DNA of 64,000 nt from Macrostomum lignano (taxonomy: Eukaryota): the NCBI GenBank assembly GCA_002269645.1, contig NIVC01001839.1:215595-279594 (forward strand). Reading direction: 5' to 3'. The first letter of the stretch is position 1, and each line of letters opens with the position of its first letter. Made by a program: the position numbers and the translations under genes. Positions 48,146-58,667 of the stretch are shown piece after piece. The notes below the pieces were generated by a model. It searched no databases. It had not been told where the DNA came from and was given only the letters and a program-made list of their open reading frames with translations.

Positions 48146-50146
48146 TCAGATGAGGGTCTCCCTCGTTGTGTCCGCGGCCGCTGCCTGCCAGCTGGCAGCC
48201 GAGTCGCTTTCATATCCAGCTTCTCTTCTTCCTCTTTGAAGCAGCTGCTGTTGCTGCCGCTGCTGCTGCTGTTGCAGCTTCAGCTGTTGCAGAATTCTCG
48301 GACGAACCGCCTGCTTCTGGACGGCCGCGGCTGCGGCGGCTGCCTTCGAGGCCGGCCGAAGAAACGTCGACGGGCTCGACTCCAGGCGGACAATCTCCGG
48401 CGGCGACGGTGGCGACGGCTGGCGCCAGGCCGACATCGGCGCCGGCGGCGTTAGCGGCGGAGTCAGCAGCGGTGGAGGCGGAGGCGTTGGAGGCGGCGGC
48501 GACAGGCGACGAACTTCGGGTCGATGACGAGGACAAGAGCCCCGGCCGCTGGTTGGAGCAGGTCGACGACGAGGCTGATGATGCCTCTGCTGATGCTGCT
48601 GATGCTGCACCAGCTGTCGCTGCTGTTGAATCTCTTTACGTCGTCGTTTCGTCATCTTTGAGATGTCAACGCTATCGGCAGCTGCCTCGTCAGACGAATC
48701 GGCATTCACCCCGGATGTGGCAGCGGTTGTCGCAACGCTGGCGCTGTCGTCGTCGCAGTAGTCGACGCGAGCCTTCTGCAGGCTGGCCCGCTGCTTCTGG
48801 CTGGCGATGCGCAGCAGGATGATGTCGCACAGCATGGAGGACAGGCCGAACAGGGCCAGGCCGCTGCCCAGGTTCATCGACAGGCTGTAGAAATCGAAGC
48901 GGCCGCCCTCGCCAGACACGGACACGAAGATCTTGATGCCGTAGGCGTGCACCAGCATTCGGCGGTCTTCGCCCTCGCTGCGGTAGTTGTAGGCGTACTG
49001 CACCGAGAAGCCATGCGTGTCGGTGCCTCGCCCGGTGTCCAACTCGCGGAAGTGGTACTTCGGAAGGCAGCGCTCGTCAGGCAAGTCGAAGTTGCACATC
49101 CAGGAGATGTCAACTCCGATAGCTCCGCCAACTCTGTAGATGTCCTCGGCCGATTTGGCGTCGCCTGTGGCGTAGTGAAGAATGTCGCCCAGCCGGAACA
49201 CGGGGCAATAAGTGAAGTTGGGATGCTGCTGCTCGTACAGGCAGTTGTGCAGGTAGTCGCTGGTCATCCAATCCAAAATGTTTCGCCGCTTTTTGTTGAA
49301 CGCTCGAAAGTCGACGCTGTTTTTGAGTAGAATGGTGAAGTCTCTGGCTCGGGTGAGCACAGATTGGCCTGGCAGCTGGAAATTGTCCTCCATGAGCAGC
49401 GGGCACCAGCCGTACGACATGCAGGTGTGCGTACTGCTGTTGCACTTGCCCGTGCGCCGCCCGTATTCGCCGATGGTTCCGCCGGCGCAGTCGCTGTCCC
49501 AGTAGCAGTGTCCGGCCCTCTCTGGACAAGCCGACATCGACTGGCGATCGGTGACGCGAGCGTTAGTCGTGATGAAAATGGCGCCGTTCATGATCGGGGG
49601 AATGATGTAGTCCGCAGCGTCCCAGACCCTCGCTCCGTTGTCCCAGTCGTCGCTTTTGTTAACAAAATCCAAACCCTTCACTTTGAAGACAACGCCGCCC
49701 TCTGGAGTCTCCTTGGCCTGGTAGCCTTTCTTGTGCCAGATGATGTAGAACAGGAAGTACACAATCACAGACAGCTGGACGCTGCGATAAAACAAGCCAA
49801 ACTTAATGCTTCGGATCACCACCACTTTTTGCAGCTTGTATTCAAAGAAGCCGGCCAGAATTTTGTGAAGAAACTGCGGTCCCGGGCGACTCGTGCGGGC
49901 CTGCGACGGCTGCTTCTCGTGCTCCATGACTGGTTTAGCGTTGGCCTTAGTCTGTCGGGATTGACTCAACGTTGGGCGAGGCGATTTCGGGTATTTTATT
50001 ATCCCTTTGGGCCAATCGGAACCCATCAAGCTTTCATTGGCTGATACTGGGGAATTAGCCAACCTACCCTTGTAGTCCAGAGTCGAGTGTGGAAGTGGCA
50101 TGAGAACCAACAGAGGAGGAGAAGCTGAGAGCTTCTGCAGACGCAT
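48146..50146 (-). CDS. P2RX: P2X purinoceptor-family trimeric cation channel, single coding exon, 666 aa from the first in-frame ATG (593 aa if started at 49927)
   Basis: FFEY..KVVVIRS, TM1, KGYQ, VVFKVKG, WDAADY, all 10 ectodomain Cys (ACPE, CYWDSDC, TGKC, TC..GWCP, C...YCPVFRLGDI, WMCNFD..C), FTILLKN, AYGIK, G.GGRF, NLGSGLALFG...CDII (TM2); long Q/P/A-rich C-tail. Confidence 0.95.
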   Translation of the reverse strand: MRLQKLSASPPLLVLMPLPHSTLDYKGRLANSPVSANESLMGSDWPKGIIKYPKSPRPTLSQSRQTKANAKPVMEHEKQPSQARTSRPGPQFLHKILAGFFEYKLQKVVVIRSIKFGLFYRSVQLSVIVYFLFYIIWHKKGYQAKETPEGGVVFKVKGLDFVNKSDDWDNGARVWDAADYIIPPIMNGAIFITTNARVTDRQSMSACPERAGHCYWDSDCAGGTIGEYGRRTGKCNSSTHTCMSYGWCPLLMEDNFQLPGQSVLTRARDFTILLKNSVDFRAFNKKRRNILDWMTSDYLHNCLYEQQHPNFTYCPVFRLGDILHYATGDAKSAEDIYRVGGAIGVDISWMCNFDLPDERCLPKYHFRELDTGRGTDTHGFSVQYAYNYRSEGEDRRMLVHAYGIKIFVSVSGEGGRFDFYSLSMNLGSGLALFGLSSMLCDIILLRIASQKQRASLQKARVDYCDDDSASVATTAATSGVNADSSDEAAADSVDISKMTKRRRKEIQQQRQLVQHQQHQQRHHQPRRRPAPTSGRGSCPRHRPEVRRLSPPPPTPPPPPLLTPPLTPPAPMSAWRQPSPPSPPEIVRLESSPSTFLRPASKAAAAAAAVQKQAVRPRILQQLKLQQQQQRQQQQLLQRGRREAGYESDSAASWQAAAADTTRETLI

Positions 50147-51006
50147 CCGTTTAATACGAGCTACGGCATCTGCTATTGACAGATTGACAGATTGAAGTAT
50201 CTCGCTAAAGAACAAAACTCAAATTTTAAATGACGGAAACGCAAGTCAATCAATAATCGCAGTGCTCAATCGGTAAACAGTTTATTGACAAATAAAATCA
50301 TTAAAATATTAATGAATTTGTTTTACTGGTTGACTATTGACCATATATAAGGCTCTAATTACATGTAACTACCGAGTTTACGTCCAATTCGCACGAGTTT
50401 TATTCAGATTCCTGTAGTCTAGTCAATATTGAAGCATTGATGGTAGACTTAGCTGGATAAAGTATGAATAGAATAAAATATCTGGCAAGCTTGAAACCAA
50501 CGGCAAGTTTTACTAGCTAGTATTATTAAAGATAAAAACTAATCAGACGTAAATTGAAAGTATTGACATCCTCGATATGCTCAATAAATAGGAGTTAGCT
50601 GTTAAATACCGTAATGTCTTTGATACTCACAATAGCTTTCCTTGCAATAGCATCGAAAAATAAATTATCGATCTTGTTAGCTAACAAGCTATGTCACAAA
50701 TTATTTAACTCTAATGCTGTTTAAAAATTATTCGAGAAAAGCTCTCCACGCAAAATCGTCAGAAAACATTAAAGCTCGTGTTTTAATCGACCCGACGGAA
50801 TGAATAAAGAAACTTGCCAAGTTATTTTGATGTTTCCGCGGACGAGCTTATATAACTGGTTTTCTGCAGGCGTGGTGAGCAGATTATACATGTACTTATT
50901 TTTTATGGCAAAAACCAAATAGAAAATATCCTTTAATCAAGTTATAAGCGAAAAAAAGTTCTTCTTCGACGGATCTAGCTCTTATTCAAAGGGTTTTTCA
51001 TACGTC

Positions 51007-52417
51007 TCAACGGTCGTCCTTTTCAAGACTCTTAGCGGCAACTCGACCAATTGCTTCTTGCAGAAGCAGAGCTCCGGTGCGAATGACCGATCGAGCTGAC
51101 CGCTTCCGGTTAGCGCCTTCGCCAAGATTGCAGGACTTTCGCTCGCAATCCACCGGTAGCATCTTCGACAGCTTGTTCGACTTGAGCGCATCGTCAAGCC
51201 TTGGCTTCCTGGGAACTGTGGCGCTTGTTGAACGGCTTCCTCCGCCGGTTTTGATCGACTCGGTGTCCAGAATTAACGAAACAACTTGAACACCGCCAAC
51301 TTCGGCCAAGAACATCTGCATAAATGCAGTAATAAATCAGCAAAAATGTTTTTGGTGACCAGATACTGCTAGCTACGTGTCTGGGTCTTTTCAGAATAAG
51401 GATTCCAACTTTTCAAACTGTTCCAAGGTTCATGGAGGAAAGAAGGGGCAGAATACAGCTCTGCGAAATTAGAGGTTTGTGCCAAAAAAATCTGTGGTAA
51501 ATGGCCTGCACGTAAAAGGTCTAAAGAAACGTTCAAATCTTCATCAAATTAATCCGGCTTTTGTGTGATAACGCAGCTTGTGCAAATCGCGTGATTTGAT
51601 AGCTCAATTGACGACAGTATCCTCAGAATAAGCATGGCCTACTTACCTGGTAGGTGCCCTCGCCAACTTTTCGTACCAATCGTACGCGTCTTCCCCGGCT
51701 GTCTTTAGCAAACTCGGCCTTGTTCTTCTCTTCGCCGCCCGGTTCGTCAACAGCAGCAGCGATGGATCGCCTGAGCAGAGCGCCTGAACGTTGGCGCTTT
51801 TCAGGCGACGTAGCGTAATAGGCAATCAGATCGACTACGGTTTTGAATCGGCGGTTCGAGTACAGGTAGTAACCAGCCGGGCTCTCCCTGACCAGGTAGT
51901 GCTTCACCCTAGAGGACTCTTGCTTCGTCAGCTGGCCCTCTACCACGGAGGCGCTTCGCCGAGCTCGGAAGAGACGGGACACCAGCGCAGCCACGGAGGA
52001 GTTACGCACTCCGTCGGCCCCGTCACGTCGCCTCGAAGAGTTCACTTCTTTTAGTACGCTGATAGCGTACCTTTCGCGACGGCTGTGACAGGGCCTGAGC
52101 AGGTAAGTTCCACCCTGCCTGTCGCCGCTAAGCAGCAGCTTGTTGGCCTCCTGTCTGGTGCAGTTCACCCAACAGTCGAGACTTTCCACTTGTCTATAAA
52201 TCGACTCTTCGCTCTTGATTGTAGCGATGGTTGAAACCGGAGTTGAAGAGTCTCTTGGCGGCAGGGCCGGTGGTGGCGGCGACTCTTGACGACGTTTCTG
52301 CAGCGCGTCGCTCCGTCTGCGAAGTTGAACCGTGTTGTTGCCGGTGTCCGAGTTTTCCACCGCCATCATTGAAGGTGGACGGGGTGGCAGTTCCGGAGGT
52401 TCGCTTGAGTTTACCAT
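51007..52417 (-). CDS. SH2-domain protein with Pro-rich N-terminus and vestigial tyrosine-kinase start, no catalytic domain; complement(join(51007..51315,51647..52417)), 359 aa
   Basis: SH2 motifs W..TRQEA, TYLLRPC, YAISV, VKHY, F.TVVDLIAYY; then RVRLVRKVGEGTYQ|MFLAEV. Donor CAG|GTAAGT at 51646 and acceptor TTTATGCAG at 51316 are both phase 0. Confidence 0.8.
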
Positions 52418-53029
52418 AGCTAATAGACTGCTTGACGAAGTTTACTAGGAATTCGCTTTCGCTGCGACCAAAAACGCGATCAAACTGCGGTGGAATATAA
52501 ACAAAAAATTAACTAGCTGATCTACGAGCTATAAGATTCTACAGCATTAAAGCTAAATAGTTTTTAGGGTGGTAAGCCGTGTTAAAAATCATTTGACTTC
52601 ATATTTGCATTACAGTTAGGCGCAGTCGAATCCTGTTTACATTTTGGTGGTCGCTTCAAATTTGGTGGGCACAAATCTGGATGGCTTTAAAGTTCAGCAT
52701 TTCAGCGCATGAGCCTAGTTATTGGAGGTGAAGTTTCACTATAGCTTTTCCGCTAGCTGACAGGATATACAAGCAAACTGAGAGTGTAGAAACTATTAGT
52801 TAGTTATAAGTGTCTGTTACAGAATCTTCCAACTGCATTGGCATAAGCAGCATCAGTGAAAATTAAAACCATCGGATTCAGTTAGAACTTGTTTATGCTG
52901 CCTTTGATTCTAAACAGCTGTCAGCTGAGACAGCTAGTGTGCTTTCTGCAAATAAATATAATTAATCAATTCGAGTGCATACGTGTACCTAGATGCATTA
53001 AAACAGTGTAGACCGAAGTAGGGACAGGG

Positions 53030-53700
53030 TAGGTAGATGCATGGAAATCGGCAGATAGAGGCATGGAAATCGGCAGATAGAGGCATGGAGATTTGCAGGT
53101 AGATGCATGGAAATCGGCAGATAGAGGCATGGAAATCGGCAGATAGAGGCATGGAGATTTGCAGGTAGATGCATGGAAATCGGCAGATAGAGGCATGGAA
53201 ATCGGCAGATAGAGGCATGGAGATTTGCAGGTGGTTGCATGGAAATCGGCAGATAGATGCATGGAAATCGGCAGATAGAGGCATGGAGATTTGCATGTAG
53301 ATGCATGGAAATCCGCAGATAGAGGCATGGAGATTTGCAGGTAGATGCATGGAAATCGGCAGATAGAGGCATGGAAATCGGCAGATAGAGGCATGGAGAT
53401 TTGCAGGTAGATGCATGGAAATCGGCAGATAGAGGCATGGAGATTTGCAGGTAGATGCATGGAAATCGGCAGATAGAGGCATGGAAATCGGCAGATAGAG
53501 GCATGGAGATTTGCAGGTAGATGCATGGAAATCGGCAGATAGAGGCATGGAGATTTGCAGGTAGATGCATGGAAATCGGCAGATAGAGGCATGGAAATCG
53601 GTAGATAGATGCATGGAGATCGGCAGATAGATGCATGGAGATCGGCAGATAGATGCATAGATATCGGTAAATAGATGTATGGACATCGGCAGATAGATGC
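53030..53700. repeat. 22 bp two-variant minisatellite (GCATGGAAATCGGCAGATAGAG / GCATGGAGATTTGCAGGTAGAT)n
   Basis: About 30 subunits between the divergent SH2 and otopetrin genes. Confidence 0.95.
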
Positions 53701-54129
53701 TGTAGAGCCGGAGATCTGCCAAGCAGGCAACAAAGCAGTCTTGCTACTTTACTACTCAAGCTCAGTTTCAATGGCTATAAATATAATAAATTATAGCTCA
53801 ACAGACCAATGCACATTAAATTTCTTTCCATCACAAGCAAACACTGCCCAGTACTGGCTCTGGAGCAAACACACGTGGGTGATTAATTACTTGGAATTCT
53901 GGATGAGCCCCGCGCCGTCAGAAGCCGGTTTGAGCGCACACGCACACCTCTTTCTTAATTCTTCTCTTCTATCCACTCTCGTAGTTCGCAAACTAACACA
54001 GGACCCTATTTTTAAGTCGACTGAAAAAATTTCTAACTTGCCTTGGTCATAAATAATTATATTCGGTTTTGTTGTTTAATTCGAGTCTACAATCCAGATT
54101 GTAGCCAACTGAGCCTTCTTCATACAACG

Positions 54130-57100
54130 ATGGACTCCGTAAGACCGAAGTCTAATGACACCTGGCAGCAATCAAAGTCCGGCCAATTTCAGCAAAGGAG
54201 GAGAAGAGTTAGGTAATTTTCGGGAATTTTTCAGAACCAAGTTTTTCTACACTAATTATACTACTATCGTGATTTCGGAGACAGTAGTGAATGGAAATCC
54301 AGTTTGATATAAAGCCACATGAAATAAACTCATTCCAGACATTTTATCCTGTTGTAGCCTAGTGGTTAGGGCGTCGGACTCACTACTGAAAGGTTGGGGG
54401 TTCGATTCTCGAACCACCCGGAGCAATTTGTGTCCTTGAGCAAGACACTTAACTCTGCATTGCTTCAGTTCACCCAGCTGTAAAATGGGTGCCAGCATTA
54501 GCTGGGGTTAATTGAAGGTGTGTGTGGCAACCTCCCAGTCCTTGCACTGAGCCTTCAGATGCGCCGCGCAATAGCTGCGGCTGAGCTGTCGGTTGCACAT
54601 CTGCCCATTGGACGGTAGTTAATCAGTTATCACTGTTATTAATTATTCTTTTGCTTAAATTTACAGGAAACCAAGCCATTTAGCATTCACTTCCTATCAA
54701 GATGGATCTACCAGGCTGTCAATGCTGCAGTCGCTACTGACTCTCTACTGCATGCTCGCACTGATGCTTGGCGTTGTTGTACCGATTACCGACGCCCTCG
54801 CTCAGCCTGAGGAGCACGCTGAGTACAGACAGGTGAATTTGGGGCTTTTTAGGTAGCTAAATCTGGGATGGATGACGAGGATTGTGGCGCAAACAACGTG
54901 ATGTATACAGCAGAGGTTGGCAAACTCCGGGAGGACCCGCGAAGCCTCTCTATCCGGCCCTCGAATCCTTGAAACTTCACAATAGCAGTCCGTCCCACTC
55001 AAGGTTTGTGTCTCTTCTCTCCCGATCTCTACCTCTCCTTTCCGCCGTTCATCTCTCATCTCCTCTTCCCTCTTCCCCTCTATTGCAGCCATGAGTTGCC
55101 AACCCCTGCTGTAAGGATAGAGCTACAGTATTCATTAGAATGTTGTTTTTACTTTTTTCAGATATTCTACATTTTTATGCACGCGGTTGGCATTGTTGGC
55201 ATTGTGTACATGAACAGCCTGATATCCTACTATGGGAGCAATTATTACAAAAGAATTTGCAAAAGCAAAGTTGACAAGAAGTTAGTTCTAGAACGAGACT
55301 CGACCGCTGCAACCAGTGACGCCACTGAGTCCGTTGATCCGGAACACTCTACCGCACTCGTATCCCGCAATGGAATCAGTGCAGACGAGGTGACAGCAGC
55401 CCCTGAGGGAACGGCAGATTCTGTACAGCCCCAGGTGCTCAGGCCAGGTCGGAGCATCTTGCACCAGATTCGCCGTCGCTGCAACGGCAGTAGACGCAAT
55501 TCGGCAAGCGATTGGTTTCAACGACGCAAAAGAATTTGGAAGCTCAGACGAACATTAAGTGAGTAAAGTGGTGTGCTTCACTTTTAGCAACTTTAAATTC
55601 AATGCAAAACATCAATCTTGGTACTATGAAACATGTAAAGTTTGGTCCTTTACCCCCAGAACTTGGTATATTTAGGTTGAGTCGAAATTACTTGCTTTTA
55701 TCAGGTAAAATTCTAATGCTCAATCATTCACTGACTGTAAAATATATATTATCAAATCATACCAAATGCCAACAAAAACCTCCAGACTCCGGCGCATTAG
55801 CAGCTGTTGAACAGGAAAAAATTATTCTGTCCGGTGTTGGCGTCAATCTCTACCTGAGATTCGGAGCCATTAGTAAGCTTAAAGATGTTCTCTAGACATT
55901 TGTAAGCGTGACGGACACTTGAAAATAACTGTTTAAATAATCAATCCAGTTTTCGGATTCGGTGTGATGATGCACAGTGCCTTCAAAATTGTTGACAGTC
56001 TGAGCAAACGTGGCGACAGCAAACTCTGTTTGAGTCCCTGGTTTCTGCCCAAACACATTATTGATCTGCTGTTCATCGTACTGCAGACCTATTTCCTGTT
56101 CAAGCATCACAAGGTAATGGAGTTCTTTATGGGATCTTTACTCTCTATGCTCGTGTGGTATTCATAAATATCAAACTTGAACTCGCATTAACCAGGTGAC
56201 AATAAATACTCAGAAGTCGTTGATTCGATTCTTTCTAATTCACCTGGCCGTTGCGAATCTGTGCATTTGGATTAAGACGGTAGTCTACGAGATCAAGACC
56301 GGATTGATGCATTCTACTGGGAAGAAGCTGGACAGAACCGTCCCTAATGCTGCAGCTAATTTTACAACGCCAAGCTACGGACAAAGTTTGGACGTAGCAA
56401 ATGAGCTGCTGAATATTAGCGACGTTTTTAATATTCAAGACCAGTTAATCAATGATGGTAAACAACGTTTCTTAGATAATGATATTAATAGAGCTTTTCG
56501 TTTAGAAAATCAGAATTCTATGTTAATTTTTTATTCCACGTATATTTCATGTACCTAAAAATCATAAAAATGCATGGCACAGCTCGAATCTTTTGTTTTA
56601 TGGATCTATTTTATCAACTCTGTTACACATATTGTTACACAGTCAGCTAAGAATGAGAAAATAGATTCACAAAACCAATGAGCCGAGCCAAGAAGTCAAT
56701 AGAGCTATAAAAAAGGCAAAACATATCAAAAGATGAACACTGGATCTGCTTCCTAATATTCCTATCGAAATCAATAACAATTTTTGTGCTGAAAAATGGA
56801 AACTTTCGATCTCCGTGGTGTATTTTTCAGCGAAAATCAGCCTCATAAACATTTACTAAGAAAGGCAGTTTTCGTCCTTCTACTTGAGCAGTCCTTGATG
56901 CAGCCTTGGTGAGTATACGTAACTAGTATGAGGTTAGAGCGGCCACAGGGAACAAACAAACAGCAAAGTAAGCGATTTGTTCCAGAGTTCACCCTGCTGT
57001 GATAGCAGCGGTGAGCTACTCTGGGGCCTGGGCTTCCCCATTAGTCCAGATATGTTGGTAAAACGGTTTAAAATATTAGTCATACTTGTTCTTACTCGAC

Positions 57101-58154
57101 TGACTAGCGCCCAAATGTATTGCAATAAAATCCTTATTCAGGCAACGGCACCGCCCGAAATTCGTCTTGCACTGGCCGATTCAAAATCGACAAAAACTCT
57201 CCATCGGCCCAGCTCGGACCCTACCTGTACCCATGTGCAGTGGAGTACGGCTTGATCTGTGCAGCAATTTGCTACAAATTCTTCACAAATGTCGGCAACA
57301 CGGAGGCGGCAAAGAAGTCGACTCCTGTCAGTGAAGCGACTGCGCTGCCTCGAAGCACAACTTGTCACAAGTCGCACCGAGGCCTATTCGGCGGCCTAAT
57401 TGTCACAATCTGCGTCCTGGTACCGATGGTCAGCTTGCTGATAGCGCGTCAGCAAGCCAATAGTGAGTACAGAGATCTGCACGTTATCGCCATGCTGATT
57501 ATTGAATGCATCGTGTTAGTCTGCACAACAATAATAGCTCTATTTGGAGCTGTCAATGCTATCCGAAAATTAAAACTGTCCAAACTCGAGCGTCACGAAG
57601 CGTTCGACGTCAATTTATTGTTTGTCGGCCTGGCTGGCATCGTCTGTTACAGCTTGTTCGTGGCTATCTCTGTCGGGGCTTGCATGATGACGTCACCGAA
57701 CGATCAAAACGCAGGCTGTCAGTGGGGCAGGAGACGACAAGCTCAAATTACTCAGTTAACTGGATTGAAAGCTTTGGCTGATCTGACAGAATCGGTTGCT
57801 CAGACTTTGTTCATTATGCAGGTGATTCAGCGGAAAATTACAATTGAATTAGCCCAGAAAATGGAGAAACCCGGTCGAGGCATCACAGCGGCTCTGCTAC
57901 TTGCCAACTTGGCTATGTGGATCGAGTCCGTGTTCGAAGTTCAACGCGATGTTGCCCAGGACTTTTTGAACTACTACTTTGGCGTCATGCCGTGGAGCAT
58001 CATAAAGCTAATCTTTCAGCCCTTGATCATATTCTACAGGTTTCACTCGACTGTGTGCCTCTCCGAGATCTGGGTGCACAGTTACAAGCTGAACAGCCTG
58101 CACGACAGTCAGTCTCACAGGTCGACTCCGCGCAAAGGGGCTCGTTCAGAGTAG
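54130..58154 (+). CDS. OTOP: Otopetrin proton-selective channel, 723 aa; join(54130..54212,54667..54832,55162..55558,55786..55872,55950..56113,56196..56457,57142..58154)
   Basis: NLYLRFGAIIFG, FIVLQTYFLF, IRFFLIHLAVANLCIWIKTVVYE, PYLYPCAVEYGLI, CHKSHRGLFGG, LAQTLFI, LLLANLAMW, PLIIFYRFHSTVCLSEIW. All junctions GT-AG and frame-consistent (2172 nt). Exon 1 is the least certain. Confidence 0.93.
54350..54520 (+). mobile_element. tRNA-derived SINE with CORE-like domain in otopetrin intron 1
   Basis: A-box TAGCCTAGTGG (54355-54365), B-box GGTTCGATTC (54399-54408), then GTGTCCTTGAGCAAGACACTTAAC...TTCAGTTCACCCAGCTGTAAAATGGG resembling the MIR/CORE-SINE central domain. Confidence 0.75.
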
Positions 58155-58667
58155 GAATGAAAGTACGGTTCATTACTTATTAAACACCCGACTTCGATTG
58201 AACACATTTTGAAGAGTGACTAGAGTACAAGATTTTATAAAATTAACGTTTGCAGGATCCCAGATGTTTCAAGTTTAATGCGTGTAAATTTAAATTTAAA
58301 TTTTGTAAATTTACTTCATGGATCAATTCTACTTATGATAATTTTATGATAATTTTAATAAAGCATGCTTTGTACTTATTAAATTCTTATTGTTAAGCTG
58401 TCAGTCGCAAAGCTCAAAAGCAGCGCCCATCGGTAGGGGTCTCAGTTTTGTCTATGTCCAAGGCTGCCACAGAGCCGTGCAAGGAATCCGATCTTGCCTC
58501 GAACTGTCACTGCCAAACAACAGCCTTGCCTTAGTAAGCTTATTAAAAACTCACTTTGTCGACTAGGTGCTAATCGCGACGCGGTAAAAACCATATCGAG
58601 CGCAAGGAGCGCCACTTCCGTTCAAACGACAAAAGAAGTTTAAAAACCAACTTACCATTTTGTCAAA

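Noticed and set aside
48107-50044. Antisense and alternate-frame ORFs over P2X (and similar ones over Vang, UTP20, otopetrin)
   Set aside because: Expected shadows of GC-rich coding DNA with no recognisable domains.
50147-50215. TTG start given by the ORF track for P2X
   Set aside because: It overlaps the polypyrimidine tract of a splice acceptor; eukaryotic initiation at a downstream ATG is more likely.
50204-51647. SH2-P2X fusion by splicing the SH2 exon 1 donor to the P2X acceptor
   Set aside because: The donor is phase 0 and the acceptor phase 2 in the P2X frame; no alternative donor seen in SH2 exon 2.
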